In this document: one piece after another, positions 14,960 through 19,573 of the stretch
How positions within the stretch are numbered: position 1 is the first letter of the stretch
How the letters are laid out: the number at the start of each line of letters is the position of its first letter
Source of the DNA: a bacterium
GTDB lineage: Bacteria; Arandabacterota; Arandabacteria; Arandabacterales; JALGWA01
Assembly: GCA_050125095.1 (NCBI GenBank)
Contig: JASFEA010000049.1
Coordinates: forward strand, 1-19,573
Reading direction: 5' to 3'
DNA: 19,573 nucleotides
Position numbers and translations under genes: made by a program
The notes under the pieces: model-generated
Seen by the model: the letters and a program-made list of their open reading frames with translations, nothing else
Told to the model about the DNA's origin: nothing
Database searches by the model: none

Positions 14960-17600
14960 GCGTCTCCTCTTCGGGGCCGTCGTCCCTGGGGGACGCCATT
15001 TTCCTTAAGGCCATGAGCTCCTCGAGTGCCTGGAGCGGGGTCATGTTGTTGAGGTCGAGCCCTCTCAGGCGTTTCATGAGTTCGGTCTCGGCGTCCCAGA
15101 GTCCCAGCTGTACTTCGCCCGCGACAGGCGAGTGCTCGCCGCGCGCGATGCGCGGTATCTCGCCAACCGAGTACTCGTCCTCTTCGATGTTGGCGAGGAC
15201 CTCCCTGGCGCGGTCTATTACAATCTGCGGGAGGCCGGCGAGTTTGGCAACCTGAATCCCGTAGCTTCTGTCGGTTCCGCCCTCCACTATCTTCCGCAAG
15301 AAAACGATGCTGTCCCCGTACTCCTTTACCTGGATGTTGTAGTTCTTGACCCGCGGCAGAATGGCGGCAAGGTCTGTGAGCTGGTGATAATGGGTGGCGA
15401 ACAGCGTCAGGGGGCGCACGCGGTCGTTATCGTGCAGGTACTCGACCACGGCCCAGGCGATGCTGAGACCGTCGAACGTGCTCGTGCCCCTTCCGACTTC
15501 ATCCAGCAGGACGAGGCTCCGCTCTGTGGAGTTATTGAGAATGTTGGCCGTCTCAACCATCTCCACAAGGAAAGTGCTCTGGCCCCGCGCCACGCGGTCG
15601 GTCGCCCCGATTCGCGTGAATACCTTGTCGACAACCCCTACCTCGGCGCTTGCCGCGGGAACGAACGAGCCCACCTGGGCCATGATGACGATAAGCGCCA
15701 CCTGCCTTAAGTAGGTCGACTTGCCGGCCATGTTGGGCCCTGTGATAACCAGAAGCTGGTTGTCGTCGTCGAAGAGGACATCGTTGGGAACGAAAGTCTC
15801 CTCTCCCAGGAAACGCTCAACCACGGGATGACGGCCTTCGCGGATCTCTATGCGGCGCTCATCTCTCACCACGGGGCGGACATAGTCACCCTCGCCTGCG
15901 GCCTCGGCAAACGACGCCAGAACGTCCAGCTCCGCGACCGTGCGCGCGGCGGCCTGTATGTCGGCCGTCGCCTGGGCGACCTCCGACCTTATGTCCTTAA
16001 AAAGGCTCTCTTCAAGCCGCGTGGCAGTCTCGTCGGCTTTGAGTATCTCTGCTTCCTTCTCCTTCAGCTCTTCCGTGATGTACCGCTCGGCGTTGACCAG
16101 AGTCTGCTTTCTTATGTAGTCGGGCGGAACCCTGGAGATGTTGGCCTTGGTGACTTCGATGTAATAGCCGAAGACTTTGTTGTAGCCTATGCGCAGCTTC
16201 TCGATGCCCGTCTTGTCGCGCTCTTTCTGCTGAAGGCCCAGTATGTACTTCCTCGCATTGGACGTAAGGTCGCGGAGCTCATCCAGACGCTCATCATAGC
16301 CGGCGCGAATTACCTCGCCCTGTTTGAAATTGACGGGGGCGCCTTCCTTAATCGACTTATCGATGACGGCCCTGACCTCCGACAGGTCGGGAAGGCCGGA
16401 TGCCGCCCGCCCGAGCAGCACCGAAACCGAGCCTTCGAGAATGTCCCTGATTCGGGGGAGCAGGCCCAGCGATTCCTTGACGGCCACAAGGTCGCGCGGG
16501 CCGGCCCGCTCGGTGCAGACTCGCGCGATAAGGCGCTCGAGATCGCTCATGCTGCACAGAGCTTCCCTGAGGTCGCGGCGCCTGACCTCGTCACCCACAA
16601 GCTCGTCAACCGCCTCCAGACGCTCGCCTATGGCCTTCGTATCCACGAGCGGAAGCCTGAGCCAGGCCCGAAGCGTTCGCCCGCCCATGGCCGTGAGCGT
16701 CCTGTCCAGGACATTGACAAGGGAGGCGTCCTTGTCCTCGGCGTGAAGGGGCTTGAGTATCTCCAGGTTGGAAAGCGAGTTTTCGTCTATCTCCATGTAT
16801 ACGGTCTTACGATGGACGCCCAGCCGGCCTATGTGTGGAAGGAGCCGCTTCTGCGTCTGGCGGAGATAGGTTATCACGGCGCCGGCCGCGCCTACAGCCA
16901 GCGGCATGCCGGCTACCCCGAAACCCTCCAGCGAAGATACCTTGAAATGGTCCTTGAGGGTATCCTCCGCGGCGTCAGAGAGGAAGAGCCAGTCGTCCAT
17001 CTCGGTAAACGACGCTCCGGGCAGGCGCTCCTTTATTTTCGCGCCCGCCTTTGCGCCAGCCATGCCCTTTGCTATGAGAATCTCACTCGGAGAGAACCTG
17101 GTGAGCTCGTCGAGGAGGTCTTCCGCCTCCACCTCGCTCACGCTGAACTCCCCCGTCGAGAGGTCGGCCCGGGCTATGCCCCAGCGCCCGTCTCCCTCCG
17201 CAATCGCCGCGAGGAAGTTGTTTTCCTTTTCGTCGAGAAGAAGCGCGGAAGTGATCGTCCCCGGCGTGATCACCTCGACCACGCCGCGCCTGACAAGCCC
17301 CCTGGCCTGCCTGGGATCCTCGGTCTGTTCGCATATGGCGACCTTGAGGCCCGCCCTTACCAGGCGCGCGATATAAGTCTCCGCGGCGTGATGGGGGATG
17401 CCCGCGAGGGGTATGTCCTTGCCGCCCTCCTTTCCCCGCGATGTCAGCGCTATCCCCAGGACGCGCGACGCCGTCCTGGCGTCGTCCAAAAAGGTCTCGT
17501 AGAAATCCCCCATCCGGAAAAGAAGTATGGCGTCGGGGTATTCCTTCTTGATGCTCAGATACTGCGACATCATGGGGGTTGTGCGTGATTTCTTCTTCAT
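14946..17600 (-). CDS. mutS: DNA mismatch repair protein MutS (MutS1)
   Basis: TPMMSQY, FRMGDFYETF mismatch-binding motif, Walker A GPNMAGKS, STFLVEM, DEVGRGTS, FATHYH, SYGIQVA. Confidence 0.98.
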   Translation of the reverse strand: MKKKSRTTPMMSQYLSIKKEYPDAILLFRMGDFYETFLDDARTASRVLGIALTSRGKEGGKDIPLAGIPHHAAETYIARLVRAGLKVAICEQTEDPRQARGLVRRGVVEVITPGTITSALLLDEKENNFLAAIAEGDGRWGIARADLSTGEFSVSEVEAEDLLDELTRFSPSEILIAKGMAGAKAGAKIKERLPGASFTEMDDWLFLSDAAEDTLKDHFKVSSLEGFGVAGMPLAVGAAGAVITYLRQTQKRLLPHIGRLGVHRKTVYMEIDENSLSNLEILKPLHAEDKDASLVNVLDRTLTAMGGRTLRAWLRLPLVDTKAIGERLEAVDELVGDEVRRRDLREALCSMSDLERLIARVCTERAGPRDLVAVKESLGLLPRIRDILEGSVSVLLGRAASGLPDLSEVRAVIDKSIKEGAPVNFKQGEVIRAGYDERLDELRDLTSNARKYILGLQQKERDKTGIEKLRIGYNKVFGYYIEVTKANISRVPPDYIRKQTLVNAERYITEELKEKEAEILKADETATRLEESLFKDIRSEVAQATADIQAAARTVAELDVLASFAEAAGEGDYVRPVVRDERRIEIREGRHPVVERFLGEETFVPNDVLFDDDNQLLVITGPNMAGKSTYLRQVALIVIMAQVGSFVPAASAEVGVVDKVFTRIGATDRVARGQSTFLVEMVETANILNNSTERSLVLLDEVGRGTSTFDGLSIAWAVVEYLHDNDRVRPLTLFATHYHQLTDLAAILPRVKNYNIQVKEYGDSIVFLRKIVEGGTDRSYGIQVAKLAGLPQIVIDRAREVLANIEEDEYSVGEIPRIARGEHSPVAGEVQLGLWDAETELMKRLRGLDLNNMTPLQALEELMALRKMASPRDDGPEEETHGEY

Positions 17601-17683
17601 AACCTAAAGAGGGCGTGCACAAGCCGCGAGAGAAGGCTTCTCCTCCACCCCTCACAGCACCAGCGCAGCTTCTACGGTTCTAT

Positions 17684-18820
17684 CTACACAAAGGTTTCCC
17701 AGTGCTTACACCTGGGGCAGCGCCACAGGGCTTCGTTGACCCTGTTGCCGCAGTTTTCACAGGTGTAGGTCTCATCGTCCGTCGGGAAGCCGTTGAACGC
17801 CTCAACCATGGTCTTTAGCGAGATCTCGATCTCGCCCTTCTCATAGTAGAGCCTCGCAAGGGCCTGCTTGACGCTCCTCGACTCGGGCTCGAACTCGAGC
17901 GCGGTCTTACAGAGCCCGATGGCGTCGTCGAGATTGCCCTTTCTTCTCTGAATGTAAGCAAGCGTCATGAGCGTCCTCACGTCTCCCGGGTTGCGCTCGA
18001 GGACGTCATTATAGAGATCGATTATCTTCTCGAAGCGCCCCTTCTCATAGAAGGCCTTCTCCAGGCGGCGGAAGGTTATGTAAGCGACCTCCGGGTAGGT
18101 GGTGACGATGCGCCGCCAGGAGGAGATGGCGTCGTCGATCTTGCCTTCCTGGTAATAGAGGTCCCCGAGGTACAGGTATCCCGGCACGCACTCGGAGTCT
18201 ATCTTGATGGCGTCCTTGAGGCTGCTCTCCGCCTCCTTGAGCCGGCCGCCGTCGAGGTAGCGCTTGCCCACATAGGCCTTGTAAAGCGCGAGGTCATGCG
18301 TGTCGTCGACCTTGGTGATCTTGGAGATCTCGCGCCTCGTAATGTAGGCCTTGTCCCACTCGCCCATCTCCTCGTAAACCTCGAGGAGCTCCCGGAGGGC
18401 CATCTCGTTGTGGGGCGTGAGCTTGAGGAGGTTCTCATATGTCGCAGAGGCCCGGTCGAAGCGCTTTGACTTGACGTAGTCACGCGCCAGGCTCAGCATT
18501 ATGCGGGACATGGCCTCCTTGGGAACGCCGGTCCTGACCGTGAGCTCCCTGTGTATCTGGATCGCGCGCGGCACGTCGCCCGACTCTCTCAGCACGTCGC
18601 CGAGGCGCAGGTACGCATCGATGCTCTGGGGCTCTTCGCGCACGGCCTGTTTAAAGGCGCCCAATGCCCTCTCGGCATCGCCGTCGGCCAGTGCGTCCAG
18701 GCCCTGAACATAGGCGTTCTTGCCCGACCCCCGCCTCCGCCCCGAAATAACTGCCGCGGTTATGCGATAGACGATGAGTGCGATCACGCATACGATTATT
18801 ACGATAAAGAGACTGCTCAC
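17684..18820 (-). CDS. lapB: LPS assembly protein B-like (TPR repeats + rubredoxin domain)
   Basis: N-terminal TM helix, multiple TPRs (including RAIQIHREL) and C-terminal CENC...CPRCKHW metal-binding motif. It directly follows lapA. Confidence 0.85.
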   Translation of the reverse strand: MSSLFIVIIVCVIALIVYRITAAVISGRRRGSGKNAYVQGLDALADGDAERALGAFKQAVREEPQSIDAYLRLGDVLRESGDVPRAIQIHRELTVRTGVPKEAMSRIMLSLARDYVKSKRFDRASATYENLLKLTPHNEMALRELLEVYEEMGEWDKAYITRREISKITKVDDTHDLALYKAYVGKRYLDGGRLKEAESSLKDAIKIDSECVPGYLYLGDLYYQEGKIDDAISSWRRIVTTYPEVAYITFRRLEKAFYEKGRFEKIIDLYNDVLERNPGDVRTLMTLAYIQRRKGNLDDAIGLCKTALEFEPESRSVKQALARLYYEKGEIEISLKTMVEAFNGFPTDDETYTCENCGNRVNEALWRCPRCKHWETFV

Positions 18821-18836
18821 GGCTTACATCCTTTCC

Positions 18837-19163
18837 CTAAGCCGGTTCCGTATCCTCCAGAGATTCCTCCAGCGGGAGGTTCCGGATTGCGACGAGTTCC
18901 TTCTCGAGCTGCTTGTTCTTCTTCTTGAGGCGCCTGACCGTAAGCCCGAGGTCGATGAAGTAGTACAGGCAGTAGAGCAGAGTGACGATTACGCCGACAA
19001 CGAAAGACACGAAAAGGGCCACGACCAGCGGGACGTCGTAGTACTTCCCCATGCCCAGGTTGATGGACTCGATAGTGGGGCCCGCGTTCAATATGGCGAA
19101 CGCTATAATCGCCAGCGTCACTATCAGTAGCGCTACGGCTGCTATTACCCTGGGTACGTTCAT
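18837..19163 (-). CDS. lapA: LapA-family membrane protein
   Basis: Two TM helices with FAILN..V/I..PL spacing, then a basic coiled-coil tail (RRLKKKNKQLEKEL..LRN-like). It lies directly upstream of lapB. Confidence 0.82.
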   Translation of the reverse strand: MNVPRVIAAVALLIVTLAIIAFAILNAGPTIESINLGMGKYYDVPLVVALFVSFVVGVIVTLLYCLYYFIDLGLTVRRLKKKNKQLEKELVAIRNLPLEESLEDTEPA

Positions 19164-19164
19164 C

Positions 19165-19572
19165 TCAAGCCTCCGCTTTCCCCCGCACCGGGGCGCAGGT
19201 TATCATCCATCTTGTTACAGAGGTCACTTCCGCGTTTACCTTACTACCCTGTATTACACCACTTGAGGGTACCTTTGCAAGCCAGTTTTCGCGAGTACGC
19301 CCCAGCATGTAATCCGGCTCCTTCCTGCTGGGCTCCTCGACGAGCACTTCGACGGTCCTGCCGACCATCTCCCGCTTGCGCCCGTCGGTTATTTCGTTCT
19401 GAAGTGCGATAAGGCGTTTCAGGCGGTCTATCTTGACTTTCTCGGGGACATCGTCCTCAAGATCGGCCGCGCTTGTGCCCTCCCGCATCGAATAGCGGAA
19501 CATGAAAGCGGCATCGAAGCGCAGGTCGCGGAGAGCCGCGAGCGTCTCTTCGTACTCGGCCTTCGTCTCGGA
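19165..19572 (-). CDS. miaB: tRNA ms2i6A37 methylthiotransferase MiaB, 3' part (end of radical SAM domain + TRAM); truncated by the window edge
   Basis: The frame is open to the edge: SETKAEYEETL..LRFDAAFMFRYSMREGTSAA..DDVPEKVKIDRLKRLIALQ..VGRTVEVLVE..GRTREN. The family is clear, and MiaB is favoured over RimO/MtaB by the FMFRYS.REGT.AA and GRT.N motifs. Confidence 0.85.
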   Translation of the reverse strand, partial: SETKAEYEETLAALRDLRFDAAFMFRYSMREGTSAADLEDDVPEKVKIDRLKRLIALQNEITDGRKREMVGRTVEVLVEEPSRKEPDYMLGRTRENWLAKVPSSGVIQGSKVNAEVTSVTRWMITCAPVRGKAEA

Positions 19573-19573
19573 C

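Noticed and set aside
15828..17588. 586-aa plus-strand ORF
   Set aside because: It lies wholly antisense to mutS and has no recognisable motifs. It is a typical shadow ORF of GC-rich codon usage.
17597..17686. Possible TAG read-through of lapB to the TGA overlapping the mutS start
   Set aside because: It would need two amber read-throughs. LapB already ends normally after its rubredoxin motif, and other TAG-ending genes look complete.
1..19573. CRISPR arrays, tRNA/rRNA genes, IS/integrase or defence genes
   Set aside because: I saw no regularly spaced nucleotide repeats, cloverleaf signatures or transposase/integrase motifs, and all intergenic gaps are under 250 bp.

Overview
This GC-rich bacterial window has two parts. 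The right half (11.1-19.6 kb, all minus strand) is a housekeeping run: miaB (3' part only), lapA, lapB, mutS, mutL, miaA, then a cupin gene coupled to an AlkD-like DNA alkylation repair gene. The left half (0-11 kb) is a cluster of exported proteins. Three of them end in a FlgD-Ig/T9SS type-A-like C-terminal sorting domain: a C39-like cysteine peptidase with a 7-repeat propeller, a protein with a duplicated acidic domain around a GEVED domain, and a lipase-like hydrolase. The cluster also has a DUF6588-like beta-barrel plus lipoprotein pair, an HEXXH metallopeptidase and a cytoplasmic alpha/beta hydrolase. lapAB and the sorting domains suggest a diderm FCB-group or related candidate-phylum bacterium (inference). 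I saw no CRISPR array, tRNA/rRNA, mobile element or defence system, and no unambiguous new system. The best leads are the exported-protein cluster, its unusual domain architectures, the miaB-lapAB-mutSL-miaA gene order and a structured mutS leader. Family assignments come from recalled motifs, not database searches.
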